NCBI GenBank assembly: GCA_963812605.1
Contig: CAWEWF010000014.1
Coordinates: 256,001 to 320,000, forward strand
Length of the DNA stretch: 64,000 nucleotides
From: an uncultured Verrucomicrobiae bacterium
GTDB taxonomy: Bacteria; Verrucomicrobiota; Verrucomicrobiia; Palsa-1439
Direction: 5' to 3'
The notes beneath the pieces are model-generated. The model saw nothing but the letters and a program-made list of their open reading frames with translations, ran no database searches and had not been told where the DNA came from. Positions 19,538 to 30,906 of this stretch are shown here, one piece after another. A program made the translations under genes and the position numbers. Each line of letters begins with the position of its first letter. The first letter of the stretch is position 1.

Positions 19538-20523
19538 GGCGTGGCGGTCTTCTCCGCGGCAAGCGGCGAGAGCTTGGCGACTTTGTCCTTCGCCTGCGCG
19601 GCCCAGTTGGACTCGGGATTCTTTTCGATGACGTCGCTGTAGTAGATGAGCGCCGACCTGTATTGACGGTTCTTCTCGTAGAACTGGCCGATATGGAACA
19701 GTCCCCGGGCCTGCTCGCCCTTCAGCTCAATTTGATATTTCTCCGCGAGCGCAACCTTGTCGCTTTTCGGGTAGCGCAGCAGGAAATCGGTGAACGCGGC
19801 AATCGCCTGGTTCGCGGCGTTCTGATCGTATTCGGAGCGCGCTGACTCGCGCTTGTACTCCCAGCCGATTTGGAATTGCGCCGCCTCCGCGAGCGGCATT
19901 TTCGGGTAGCGTTCCAGTAGTTTCTCGTAGGCATGAACGGCGGCGAGGTAATCATGCTGTTTCTCGTACGCCAGCCCGATACGGAACTGCGATTCGGGGG
20001 CGACATCGCTGTACGGGCCATTCTTCACGACCTGCTCGTAGACCTCCACGGCGCGGTCGAGGGAAGGAAACCAGCGGATACCCCAGGCTTTTTGACGTTC
20101 CCCCGCGAGAAAGAGATTGCCGATTTCGAATTGTCGTTGCAGCACCGTATTGAAGTGGAGTGTATTGGGGTTCTTTTTGACGAGCTCCTGATAGACCTGA
20201 AACGCTTTGTAATGGTAGCCAATCGCGCCGTAGCATTCGGCCAGCCCAAGCCGCGCGTCCTGCGCCGAGGCGGACAGCGGCCAGCGACTGACGACGCGGC
20301 GATAAGCGGGGATCGCGTTGCGGTACTGTTTTTTGGCTTCCAGATCCTGCGCGAGCTTGAGTTGGTCGGCCGGATTCGTCCCGGTGGTAATGCCCTCGTG
20401 CTCCCAGGTCCACCCTTCGCCCCGACGCCAGATCAAGGCCGCAGAACCTTCCCCCGGCATGACGAAGGCAAACGCCATCACGCTGAGCAGAACGATGGCA
20501 ATTTTCTTGTGCAGACTCATCAT
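19534..20523 (-). CDS. bamD: Outer membrane protein assembly factor BamD-like TPR protein
   Basis: TPR repeats; DQNAANQAIAAFTDFLLRYPKS, IGQFYEK, SALIYY. Confidence 0.8.
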   Translation of the reverse strand: MMSLHKKIAIVLLSVMAFAFVMPGEGSAALIWRRGEGWTWEHEGITTGTNPADQLKLAQDLEAKKQYRNAIPAYRRVVSRWPLSASAQDARLGLAECYGAIGYHYKAFQVYQELVKKNPNTLHFNTVLQRQFEIGNLFLAGERQKAWGIRWFPSLDRAVEVYEQVVKNGPYSDVAPESQFRIGLAYEKQHDYLAAVHAYEKLLERYPKMPLAEAAQFQIGWEYKRESARSEYDQNAANQAIAAFTDFLLRYPKSDKVALAEKYQIELKGEQARGLFHIGQFYEKNRQYRSALIYYSDVIEKNPESNWAAQAKDKVAKLSPLAAEKTATP

Positions 20524-20580
20524 GGTTTCGCGGCGCAGGCTACTACAACGCACTGTGAGCGTCAAGCAAGGTGGGAGGGT

Positions 20581-20713
20581 GGCGATGTCTTGATTTGCAT
20601 CCGCCAACTGTAGCCGAAGCGTAAGCTTCGGGAATCCGCATTGCTGCCACCGAAGCTTACGCTTCGGCTACAAAACACGAACGATGAGTGATGCGGCTAA
20701 TTAAGACACTACC
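20581..20713. mobile_element. IS1-type MITE enclosing a perfect GTAG REP doublet
   Basis: Ends GGCGATGTCTTGATT / AATTAAGACACTACC (11/15 as IR); flanks gggagggt / gtgcgggt (6/8, degenerate TSD); internal perfect 23-bp IR at 20609-20631 / 20650-20672. Confidence 0.6.
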
Positions 20714-20774
20714 GTGCGGGTACAAATCCGTAACGCGGATTGCGAGAATAATGCGATTAGCGCCATCGACTGGA

Positions 20775-20843
20775 GGTGGGGCGCGACCGCCGGGCGCGCC
20801 GCGTTGTTTGGGCGAACGGGCCGCCCGGCGGTCGGCCCCTACC
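20775..20843. repeat. GTRG-type REP doublet
   Basis: ggtggggcgcgaccgccgggcgcgccg ... cgggccgcccggcggtcggcccctacc inverted pair. Confidence 0.7.
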
Positions 20844-21044
20844 AACGGCATAAAAGGCGCGGTCATCCATTCTCCCGGGCAATGCCCAGATGCGCCGATA
20901 CCGGTCAGCTATTCATTATAGAATTGACCGAAAACGGGGCGAGTGGCAGAAGGGAAGGGTGAGGTATCAATCGACAGGCGATTTTTCAGACGATAGGGAC
21001 GAATTGTTTGATAATGAGACCTGACCCCATTCCATTTCAAAGAG

Positions 21045-21421
21045 ATGACCACAAGTAAAAACAACCTGGGACTTACCTCAGTCGAGGCGCGACTGACGGC
21101 GACTCTACTGATCAGCTCGGGCCTGTCTGTCTCGTATGTACAACAGCAATTCGCCGAAGGTAGATTCACGAAGTATTTATCCGGAAGATACCTAGCACAG
21201 TAATAAATCTTGGTGAGTTAGAATTTCCGTTTCCTGTCGATCCTTCCGATTCAATTGTCGCCGAAATGGAATTCGAGTTGGACAAACAGTATGTCGAATT
21301 GTTGTTATTAAGGTACGACACAGGGAAATGTGAGATCGAAATTAATGTGAGCGGAAATTCCTTGCCATGGGAAGGGACCCACTTCCCTGATATATTCAAA
21401 ATATACTTAAAAACTCCGTAA
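21045..21421 (+). pseudogene. AT-rich hypothetical gene, apparently split by one frameshift near 21160
   Basis: MTTSKNNLGL...QQQFAEG, then another frame IHEVFIRKIPS...KIYLKTP*; AT-rich segment. Confidence 0.35.
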
Positions 21422-21500
21422 CATTAGTTGAAAGGGTCAGTCATTGACTATTGACAATGCGGTCATTCGGTTTACCGCATTTATTATTACGGCGCGCGGT

Positions 21501-23963
21501 TCAATCGGTCAGATGAATGGAGACGGTGTGCGATTGCGCTATTGGCGCGGAAGGCAGGTTGATGTGTAGGAGTTTTGCCGCGGTGTCGGTAACGTAACCG
21601 GACAGGGCAGTTGCCGAGGTGCTTTGGTTGGCGAGGTTCTTGAGAGAAGCGCCATCGGCGGTGACGCTGGTGACGGGATTTGTGCAGAAGAGTTCGATGT
21701 TCCACGCGCGTTGGGTCGGTTGACCAGCGTAGGTGCCGACGGCGCCGGCGATGTTGATGGAGACGTTGTTGCGCGAGGATGTCGCTTGAACCTTGGTGGT
21801 GGCGGATTCGTTCTTGCGATAGCCATTGGACGCACCGTCATCGTCGTAAACCGTACCCACCGCCGTCGTGCTGCAATAAATACGCAGTCCGCGGCTGAGA
21901 GCCATCGTCGAACTGGCTCGAGGCGACGTCCGGACCGAGCGGCGTGATGGAGTTGTCACGATAAAAGGCCGGGATTTGTGTCAGCGGCGCGGGCCAGTTG
22001 GTCGTCACCGGCCCGGTGACGGATTGTCCGCTCCACAGGTCGATCCAGGATCCGGAGGGGAGGTAGATGGAACGTGAGGTCATGTCCTGGGTGGTGACGG
22101 GCGCGACCAGGATGTTCGGCCCGAACATGAATTGCGTTCCGTTGAGGACGACGTTCGTATCGTGTGGGAAAGCCAGCGGCAAGGCGCGACACATCGGCAT
22201 CCCCGTGTCGAAGGTCTCCCGCGCCGTCGTGTAAATATACGGCAGCAACCGATACCGCAGTTTCAGCATGGTGCGGCAGCGCTCCAGCACCTGCGGGCCG
22301 AATTCGTAGGGCGCGGTGGGTTTCCGATCCACGCCGTGGGCGCGGAACACGGGGCAGAAGGCGCCGAACTGAAACCAGCGGACATACAACTCCGGGCTCG
22401 GCTGGCCGGTGAATCCGCCAATGTCGCTGCCAAAATAACTCATGCCCGACAACCCATAATTGCACAGCGCGTTCAGGTGAGCGGCGAGCGTTTGCCAGTT
22501 CGAGCGCGTGTCGTTGGTCCAATGTCCGACGCCGAAGCGCTGGTCGCCGGCGAAAACCGGAGCGACTGAGGATGTAGAGACGCCTGTTCGGATAATATGT
22601 CGCGAATCCATCCGCCAGCGCCTGGTGCCACAGCAGATTGTACACGTTGTGGATTTCCGACTCGCGGCGTCCGCCATAAAGATAATCGGAGCGCCGGTCC
22701 TGCTCCGGCTCGCCGAGGTCGGTCCAGAAGCCCGCGATGCCGTCGTCGACGAGGGGTTTGATTTTGGTGAACCACCAGCGGCGCGCGTCGGGGTTGAGAA
22801 AGTCGACATACCCGGCCGTGTCGAAGAAGCCTTCGCTTTCCAGCAGGCTGGGCGCGGTCATCTCTTCATTGGTGGAGACGAGATAATGCTGCGCGGCCGC
22901 CTGGTCGAAATTGGCTTTCGCGGGTGGATTGTCGCGGTTGACGTATTCCTCGTGAATGTTGATGACCTTGATGCCCGAAGCCGCGAGCGCGGTGAGATTG
23001 CTGGAGGCATCCGGAAAGTTCGTCGGGTTCCATGTCAGCGCGCCCATTTGGTTGGCCCGTCCCCACCAGTAGAGGTCCAGAATCAACGTGTCGCAGGGGA
23101 GGTCGTTGGAGCGGAAGGCATCGCGCGCGGCATACATCTGCGACCAGTTGCGGTAGCCGTAGCGGGACTGCATGTACCCGAGCGCCCAGCGCGGCGGCAA
23201 TGGCGACCGTCCCGTGATCTGCGTGTAACGGTCGAGCGCATCGGCGAGCCCGTCGGCGCCGATGAAGTAGTAATCTAATTCCCCGCCGGTGACCGTTGCG
23301 CGCCAGTTTGTGCCATCGGTGCAAATGAAATCCCACAGTTGTGAGAACGTGTTGTCCAAGAAGAGCCCGTAACCTTTCGACGAGAGGACGAATGGCACCG
23401 CCATGTCGGTCATCGCGCCGAACTGGAAGCGGGCGCGGTCATTGTACAGGGACCGGATCTGACCGCGATAGCTCAGCGGCTGTCCCAGTACCAACCCGAG
23501 TCCATAAAACTGTTCTCCAGGTGCCATCTGGAAGGTGGCGCTGCGATTGGTCAACAGGTCGTTCTCGGAAGCAGAGAATGCGGCGGAACTGGCGCCATCG
23601 AGCCAGACGGTCCCGTCCGGCTTGCGAAAAGTCAGGTGAAACGGGTTTTTCGTTACCTCCACTCGAAGACCGGAAGTCGGTAACGGTCAGGGAGGCGCCG
23701 TCGACCACGGAGATGGGGGGACGCGCCCACTGTTTGACCACGGTAAACGAGGCGTTCGTGCTGAAAGCAAACCCGATGGGCTCCATGCGTACACGCGCCA
23801 CGTTTGCGTCCACCAATTCCAGCTTAACGACCGCCGTTTCGCACGTGAACGTGAGTTCATTGAGCGAGTTGCTGTGCCACGAGATCACATTGCCCGGATC
23901 CGCAGCACAGAGAGTGGGTAAACTGAGCAAAACAGCATACGCGAGCTTCGCCATCGGTTTCAT
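21501..23963 (-). CDS. Glycoside hydrolase family 31 (alpha-glucosidase/xylosidase type), three or more frameshifts
   Basis: Signal peptide; PRWALGYMQSRYGY, ILDLYW, nucleophile GFWTDLGEPE, acid/base HWTND, GSDIGGF, RWFQFGAF, across four ORFs. Confidence 0.9.
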
Positions 23964-24047
23964 AGAAAGCGGATTGTCCAGTACGGTCGGCAAAAAGGCA
24001 ACGCTGGACTGGACAAGGGAACATCGGGCGTGCGATATGTCGCACCC

Positions 24048-24705
24048 ATGGGCACCGACGTGCACGTCCGCCCCTACGAAGCGCGCGACCGCGCCGCCGT
24101 GCGCCAAATCTGCGCTGACACGGCCGATGCCGGACAGCCAGTGGAGAGTTTTTTCCCGGACCGGGAAGTCTTCGCCGATTTGCTGACGAACTACTATACA
24201 CAGTTTGAGCCGCAATCGACGTTTATCGCGGACAACGACGGCGAAGTGGTCGGTTACCTCACCGGATGCCTCGACACAAAACGGTTTCTGAGCACGATGA
24301 AATGGCGGATCGTCCCGGTGAGTTTTCGTCAAAGCGTTATTGCGAGGTACGCTGTGGCATCCGCAGACCGTGCGTCTTCTGCGCGTCAATCTCGGGCTGT
24401 GGCTGAAAAGTGGGCATCGGACCGGCCCGACGCTTGACGATTATCCGGCGCATTTGCATGTAAATCTTCGGAAAGGCTTCCGCGGTCAACAGTTGGGGCA
24501 ACAGCTGGTGGCGGCGTTTTGCGAACGGGCCCGCGCCGCGGGTGTGCGCGGGGTGCATGCGGGCGTGAGCGCGGAGAACGCGCCGGCGCGCCACTTCTTT
24601 GAGCAATTGGGTTTTGCGGAACTACGGCGCGAACCACGTCTCCGCAAGCCCGATGGCTCCGGCGACATCCTGTACACGATCCTCTATGGCAAGAAGCTTG
24701 GTTGA
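24048..24705 (+). CDS. GNAT family N-acetyltransferase (frameshift near 24325)
   Basis: VRPYEARDRAAVRQICADTA...VVGYL; YPAHLHVNL..GFRGQQLG...ARHFFEQLGF. Confidence 0.85.
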
Positions 24706-24767
24706 TCTTGACGGCGAGCATTTTACTTGAGGAATCCAGCCGCTCATCGTTATGATAGCTTGCTGAT

Positions 24768-25061
24768 ATGGCGAATGATACCGACCAGTTTGACGTGGGA
24801 TATGTGGCCCATTTGGCGCGCCTGCACCTGACCGACGCGGAGAAACAGAAGATCTCCGCGCAGCTCAAAGACATCCTGGCGTATGTTGCCAAGCTCAATG
24901 AACTGGATGTCTCGGAAGTGGAACCTACCGCGCACGCCACGCCGCTGATGAATATTGTCCGTCCCGACGAGGTGCGGCCGTCGATTGACCGCGCCACGGT
25001 ACTCAAGAACGCGCCGGAGCAGGCCCGTGACTTGTTCATTGTCCCGAAGATTGTCGAATGA
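24768..25061 (+). CDS. gatC: Asp/Glu-tRNA amidotransferase subunit C
   Basis: YVAHLARLHL, LDVSEVEPTAH, LKNAP...FIVPKIVE. Confidence 0.95.
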   Translation: MANDTDQFDVGYVAHLARLHLTDAEKQKISAQLKDILAYVAKLNELDVSEVEPTAHATPLMNIVRPDEVRPSIDRATVLKNAPEQARDLFIVPKIVE

Positions 25062-26516
25062 GCCTGCACACGCTGACGATCCATCAACTCCGCGAGAAGT
25101 TGCGGCGCGGCGAGGTGTCCGCCCGCGAGGCGACGCAATCGTTGCTCGACCGTATTCAGTCCGTCGACAGCAAGCTGAAAGCCTACCTGTGGCTTAATGC
25201 TGAGGACGCGCTCGCGCAGGCTGACGCGATCGATCGCAGCGGCATCGCGAAAAATGGCAAGCTTCTGGGCGGCGTCCCCATCGCCATCAAGGATGTGATC
25301 AACGTCGAAGGTCAACCCTGCACGTGTGCCTCCAAAATTCTCAAGGGGCACACCTCGGTGTACGACGCCTTTGTGGTGCAGCGGTTGCGCGAGGCGGGCG
25401 CGATTCTGCTGGGACGCACCAACATGGACGAGTTTGCGATGGGAAGTTCCACGGAGAACTCGAGTTGGGGCATCACGCACAATCCATGGGACCTGGAGCG
25501 GATTCCCGGGCGGTTCCAGCGGCGGCAGCGCGGCAGCGGTAGCGGCGGATGAGGCGTTTGCGGCGCTTGGCAGCGACACAGGCGGATCGATTCGTCAGCC
25601 GGCATCGCTCTGCGGTTGCGTGGGGTTCAAACCGACCTATGGTCGTGTCTCACGCTACGGGCTTGTGGCATTCGCATCGTCGCTGGACCAGGTCGGGCCG
25701 TTCACGAAGGATGTCGCCGACAGTGCATTGATGCTGCGGGTGCTGGCGGGTCGCGATTTGCAGGACTCAACGAGTGTCCCATGGCCGGTGCCCGATTACA
25801 CAACGGTGCTGGGGAAGGGCGTGAAGGGGCTGCGCATCGGGTTGCCGAAGGAGTATTTTATTGACGGCATGAATCGCGAAGTGGAAGCAGCCGTGCGCAC
25901 GGCGATCAAGAAGTTGCAGGAGTTGGGTGCGGAGGTGGTCGAGATTTCCCTGCCGCACACCGATTACGCGGTAGCGGTATATTATTTGATCGCGACGGCG
26001 GAGGCGAGTGCGAACTTGGCGCGGTTCGATGGGGTGCGATACGGGGCGCGTGTTGCGGGCGAGGATGTCATCGATATGTATGGCAAGACGCGCGGCGCGG
26101 GATTTGGGCCCGAGGTGAAGCGACGGATCATCCTCGGCACCTATGCGTTGAGCGCGGGCTACCACGATGAATATTATGTGCGCGCACAGAAAGTGCGGAC
26201 ACTCATTCGCAAGGATTTTACGAAAGAGTTTGAGCGATGCGATGCCATCGTGACGCCAACATCACCGGAAGTGGCCTTCCGCATTGGTGAAAAGACGGAC
26301 GATCCCCTCAAAATGTACCTCAGCGACATTTTCACGATCGGCGCGAACCTGGCGGGTATCTGCGGCGTGAGCCTACCCTGTGGCTTTACGAGCAATCCGC
26401 GCCTTCCCATCGGCTTGCAGGTTCTGGGCGATTCAGGCCGTGAGGAGACGGTTCTGCGCGTAGCGCACGCCTACGAGCAGGCAACCGATTGGCATAAGGC
26501 GCGGCCGAATTTATAG
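25058..26516 (+). CDS. gatA: Asp/Glu-tRNA amidotransferase subunit A (one +1 frameshift near 25506)
   Basis: [21 protein letters not shown], then [24 protein letters not shown] in the next frame. Confidence 0.95.
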
Positions 26517-26520
26517 TGTT

Positions 26521-27951
26521 ATGCAATACGAAGCGGTCATAGGGTTGGAAGTTCACGTGCAGCTCAAGACCAAGAGCAAGATGTTCTGTGGCTGCACCAC
26601 GGAGTTTGGTGCGCCGCCGAACACCCAGGTATGTCCCGTCTGTCTCGGGTATCCCGGGGTGTTGCCCGTCATTAATGAAGAAGCTGTGAGCAAAACGCTC
26701 CTGACGGGTCTAATGATTGGAAGTAAAGTTACCGGGTTTAGCAAGTGGGACCGAAAGAGTTACTTTTATCCCGACATGCCAAAGAACTACCAGATTTCGC
26801 AGTATGATTTGCCGCTCTGCACGGGAGGCACGGTGGCGATCAAGCTGGATGACGGAAAGACGAAGGCCATCGGCGTTACGAGGGCGCATCTTGAGGAGGA
26901 TGTTGCCAAAAACACGCACTTTGAGACCACCAGTGGCGTGGATTTCAACCGCGCTGGCCTGCCACTCATGGAGATCGTGAGCGAACCCGACATGAACTCG
27001 CCCGATGAAGCGTTCGCCTATATTACCGCGCTCAAGGAAATCCTTATCAGCGGCGGGATCAGCGATTGCGACATGGAAAAGGGCCAAATGCGGTGCGACT
27101 CCAATGTGTCGGTGCGGCCGGTCGGCCAGAAAGAGCTTGGCGAGAAGGTCGAAATCAAGAACATGAACACAATCTCGGGGGTGCGGCGCGCCCTGGCGTA
27201 TGAGATCCACCGCCAGACGGCGGCCCTGCAGAAGGGCGAAAAGATTTCCCAGGAAACGCGGCGTTGGGACGACGCGGCGGGCCGGACCTTCGTGATGCGC
27301 ACGAAGGAATACGCCCACGACTACCGCTATTTCCCCGATCCAGACCTGATGCCGGTGGTGGTCGATGATGAAATGATTGAAGAGTTAAGGAAGTTGTTGC
27401 CCGAATTGCCAGAGGCGAAGCGGCAGCGTTTTATCAAGCAATACGGCCTGCCGGAGTACGATGCCGGCGTGTTGGTTGCAGACGCGGCCCTGGCGGGTTA
27501 CTATGAGAACGCGGCGGCGAGATCGAAGAATCCAAAGGCAATTTCGAACTGGGTCATGACGGAGTTGCTTGGTAAACTTGCTGAAGCGAAAAGGACGATT
27601 GGCGAGTGCGCCATCCAACCGGAACAGCTCGCCGAACTGGTGGCATTGATCGATGGCGGACAGATTAGCGGCAAGATCGGCAAGGAAGTGTTTGTGGAGA
27701 TGTTCGACAGCGGAAAAAGCCCCGGCCTGATTGTGAAGGAGAAGGGACTGGTCCAGGTTAGCGATACCGGTGCGCTGGAGGGATTCGTAAACGAAGCAAT
27801 TGCCAAGAACCCCAAATCCGTGGCAGACTTCCGGGCGGGGAACGAAGGAGCGATCAACTTCCTGAAGGGGCAGGTCATGAAGTTGAGCAAGGGGAAGGCG
27901 AATCCGCAACTTGTCGGTGAAATCCTGCAAAAGAAATTGGAGAGTAGTTAA
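26521..27951 (+). CDS. gatB: Asp/Glu-tRNA amidotransferase subunit B
   Basis: VIGLEVHVQL, YFYPDMPKNYQISQY, DYRYFPDPDL. Confidence 0.97.
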   Translation: MQYEAVIGLEVHVQLKTKSKMFCGCTTEFGAPPNTQVCPVCLGYPGVLPVINEEAVSKTLLTGLMIGSKVTGFSKWDRKSYFYPDMPKNYQISQYDLPLCTGGTVAIKLDDGKTKAIGVTRAHLEEDVAKNTHFETTSGVDFNRAGLPLMEIVSEPDMNSPDEAFAYITALKEILISGGISDCDMEKGQMRCDSNVSVRPVGQKELGEKVEIKNMNTISGVRRALAYEIHRQTAALQKGEKISQETRRWDDAAGRTFVMRTKEYAHDYRYFPDPDLMPVVVDDEMIEELRKLLPELPEAKRQRFIKQYGLPEYDAGVLVADAALAGYYENAAARSKNPKAISNWVMTELLGKLAEAKRTIGECAIQPEQLAELVALIDGGQISGKIGKEVFVEMFDSGKSPGLIVKEKGLVQVSDTGALEGFVNEAIAKNPKSVADFRAGNEGAINFLKGQVMKLSKGKANPQLVGEILQKKLESS

Positions 27952-28060
27952 ATGGCTGCTCAACCTATTTACGGTTCGTGGGTTGTGACGATCCGACATC
28001 TTGACGGGTCGGGGCGCAGGCAGTACTGTTCGAGGGAACCGCTGCAGTCTCGAGAAGGAT

Positions 28061-29779
28061 ATGCCGGCTCAAGACGAATATATTGTTGAGATTCTCCGCG
28101 ACGTTGGGCTCGTTTCGCACGAAGACATCCTGAAGGCGAAGGAACGGTCCAAAGCGGAAGAGGTGGGGATTGTCGATGCGCTCATCCTCATGGGTCGCGT
28201 CAGCCAAAAAGACGTGTCCAAGGCGCTGGCCAGCCAGTTCAACATGGACATGATCGAACTCGCGGAATACCGCGTTCCCGACGACATTATCGCCCTCGTA
28301 CCGAAGCACGTTGCCCGCCGCTACAAGATTGTCCCCGTTGGTAAACACGAGAACACGCTCACGGTCGCCATCAGTGACCCGATGGATGTCGATACGGTGG
28401 ACAGCCTGCGCTACATCCTGCGGATGAACGTGGAGCCGGTCATCGCCACCAAGACCGACATCGAGAACTCCATCACCCGCTATTACGGCAGCGCCGACGA
28501 TACCGTCGAGAACATGCTGCAGGAGATTACCGAAGGCGAAGTGGACTTCGGCCTGCCGACGAACAAGGCGGCCCAGACGAAGCTCGAAGACATCGCCGAA
28601 ACGGACGCGGACGCGCCCATCATCAAACTCGTCGGTTTGGTGATCATGGAGGCCTATCGGAACCGGGCGAGCGATATTCACATAGAGCCGCTGGAAAAGC
28701 GGCTGCGCGTGCGGTATCGCATCGACGGCGTGCTGCAAGAAGTGGACAACCCCCCGAAGCGGTTGCAGGCCTCGATTATCAGTCGCCTCAAGATCATGTC
28801 CAACATGAGTATCGCCGAGAAGCGCGTTCCTCAGGACGGTCGTATCCAGATTCCGGTGATGGGCCGCACGCTGGATCTGCGCGTATCCTGTCTGCCCACC
28901 AATCACGGGGAAAGCATCGTCATGCGTATTCTCGACAAGACCAGCCTGCTGCTCGGGCTGGGCGACCTTGGGTTTTTCAGCGACGATCAGGAGACGATGT
29001 CCAAGATCATCAATATGCCCGACGGCGTTTTCCTGGTGACGGGCCCCACCGGCTCCGGCAAGACCACCACGCTGTATGGCTGCTTGAATGAAATCAACAA
29101 GCCCGACCGCAAGATTATTACCGTCGAAGACCCGGTGGAATACCAACTCGGCGGCATCAACCAGGTGCAGGTCAATGCGGACATCAACCTGACGTTCGCC
29201 GCCGCCTTGCGCTCGATCCTGCGCCAGGCGCCGAACGTGATCATGATCGGTGAAATTCGCGATTTGGAAACGGCGAACATCGCCGTGCAGGCGGCGCTGA
29301 CGGGTCACCTGGTGTTTTCGACGCTGCACACGAACGACGCGCCCTCGGCTGTGACGCGTATCGTCGACATGGGCGTGAAGCCGTTCCTGGTCGCCTCCGC
29401 GGTCAAGGCGATCATGGCGCAGCGGCTCATTCGCAAAGTCTGCCCAAAGTGCCGCGTTCCCTACATGCCGACTGACTATGAGATGGAAGTGCTCAAACTG
29501 AATCCCGACGAGATGAAGAACGCCACCATGGTGCGCGGCAACGGTTGTAATGAATGCTCGAGGACGGGCTACCGCGGACGCATGGGTATTTACGAGATTT
29601 TTTCGGTCGACGATGAAGTGCGGCGGCTGATTTACGAAAAAGTGCCCTCGAACGTCATTCGCGCGCGCGCCCGAGAGTTGGGGATGCGGACATTGCGCGA
29701 GGACGGGGTTCGCAAAATCATGGCGGGCATCACCACGCCCGAAGAGGTCATTTCCATCACGGCGGGCGATGAAGGGTAA
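28061..29779 (+). CDS. pilB: PilB/GspE-type assembly ATPase (copy 1)
   Basis: [38 protein letters not shown], CxxC...CxxC. Confidence 0.9.
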   Translation: MPAQDEYIVEILRDVGLVSHEDILKAKERSKAEEVGIVDALILMGRVSQKDVSKALASQFNMDMIELAEYRVPDDIIALVPKHVARRYKIVPVGKHENTLTVAISDPMDVDTVDSLRYILRMNVEPVIATKTDIENSITRYYGSADDTVENMLQEITEGEVDFGLPTNKAAQTKLEDIAETDADAPIIKLVGLVIMEAYRNRASDIHIEPLEKRLRVRYRIDGVLQEVDNPPKRLQASIISRLKIMSNMSIAEKRVPQDGRIQIPVMGRTLDLRVSCLPTNHGESIVMRILDKTSLLLGLGDLGFFSDDQETMSKIINMPDGVFLVTGPTGSGKTTTLYGCLNEINKPDRKIITVEDPVEYQLGGINQVQVNADINLTFAAALRSILRQAPNVIMIGEIRDLETANIAVQAALTGHLVFSTLHTNDAPSAVTRIVDMGVKPFLVASAVKAIMAQRLIRKVCPKCRVPYMPTDYEMEVLKLNPDEMKNATMVRGNGCNECSRTGYRGRMGIYEIFSVDDEVRRLIYEKVPSNVIRARARELGMRTLREDGVRKIMAGITTPEEVISITAGDEG

Positions 29780-29826
29780 GATGCACCTGGCCCGATAAAC
29801 AGGTTGAAGAACGGAGAGAGTTGCTT

Positions 29827-30903
29827 ATGGCAGCGCAAATGGAAGATCTATTGCAGGTGATGGTCGACGAGGGCGGTTCGGATTTGCATATTCGCGTGGG
29901 CGTGCCCCCGGTCATTCGGTTGCATGGCAAGCTGGTGCACATGGACCTGCCGACGCTGCAGCCGGAGGACACCGAAAACCTCATGAAAGCAATCACCTCC
30001 GAGGCCCATATCCAGAAGGTGCGCGAGCAGGGTGGCACGGATTACGGGTTTGCTTTCGGCGAAATGGCGCGGTTTCGCGTCAGTGTTTTCAAGGAGCGCG
30101 GCAATTTCGGCATGGTATTGCGCCAGATCCCCAGCAAGCTCATGTCGCTCGAGCAGATCGGCCTGCCGCCCTCGGTGAAGGACATTTTATTTCGCCCGCG
30201 CGGACTTGTCCTGGTCACCGGTCCGACCGGCTCCGGCAAAACCACGACGCTGGCTTCGATGATCGACATCATCAACACGGAGGAAGACTGTCACATCATC
30301 ACCATTGAGGACCCGGTCGAATATTACCATCCGCACAAGAAAAGCATCGTTACGCAGCGCGAGGTGGGAGTCGATGTGCCCGACTTTGCCGAAGCGTTGC
30401 GGCGCGGCTTGCGCCAGGATCCGGACTGCATTCTCGTTGGTGAAATGCGCGATCTGGAAACGATGGAAGCGGCCATCACCGCGGCGGAAACGGGCCATTT
30501 GGTCTTCGCCACGCTGCACACGACGGGCGCGGCGCGCACGGTGGACCGCATTGTCGATGCCTTTCCGACGGACCAACAGGAGCAAATCCGCACGCAATTG
30601 GCCTCGTCCATCATCGCCGTGATTTCGCAGGTGCTGCTGGTGCGGGCGGACGGGAAGGGGCGGGTGGCGTGCTTCGAGATCATGATTACGACCCCATCGA
30701 TTCAGGCGCTGATTCGCGACAATAAGACCTTTCGCATCACGTCGGATATCCAGACCGGGGCCAAGTACGGGATGATGACACTGGATTCGAACCTCATGAG
30801 CCTGTACGAGCGCGGGCTGATCAGCTACGGCGATTTGATCACTATCGCGCAAGATCCACAGGCCATTGTCTCCAAGCTGCAGGGCGAAGGCGGGAAGAGG
30901 TAA
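29827..30903 (+). CDS. pilT: Type IV pilus retraction ATPase
   Basis: [43 protein letters not shown] (AIRNLIRE-like). Confidence 0.95.
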   Translation: MAAQMEDLLQVMVDEGGSDLHIRVGVPPVIRLHGKLVHMDLPTLQPEDTENLMKAITSEAHIQKVREQGGTDYGFAFGEMARFRVSVFKERGNFGMVLRQIPSKLMSLEQIGLPPSVKDILFRPRGLVLVTGPTGSGKTTTLASMIDIINTEEDCHIITIEDPVEYYHPHKKSIVTQREVGVDVPDFAEALRRGLRQDPDCILVGEMRDLETMEAAITAAETGHLVFATLHTTGAARTVDRIVDAFPTDQQEQIRTQLASSIIAVISQVLLVRADGKGRVACFEIMITTPSIQALIRDNKTFRITSDIQTGAKYGMMTLDSNLMSLYERGLISYGDLITIAQDPQAIVSKLQGEGGKR

Positions 30904-30906
30904 ACC

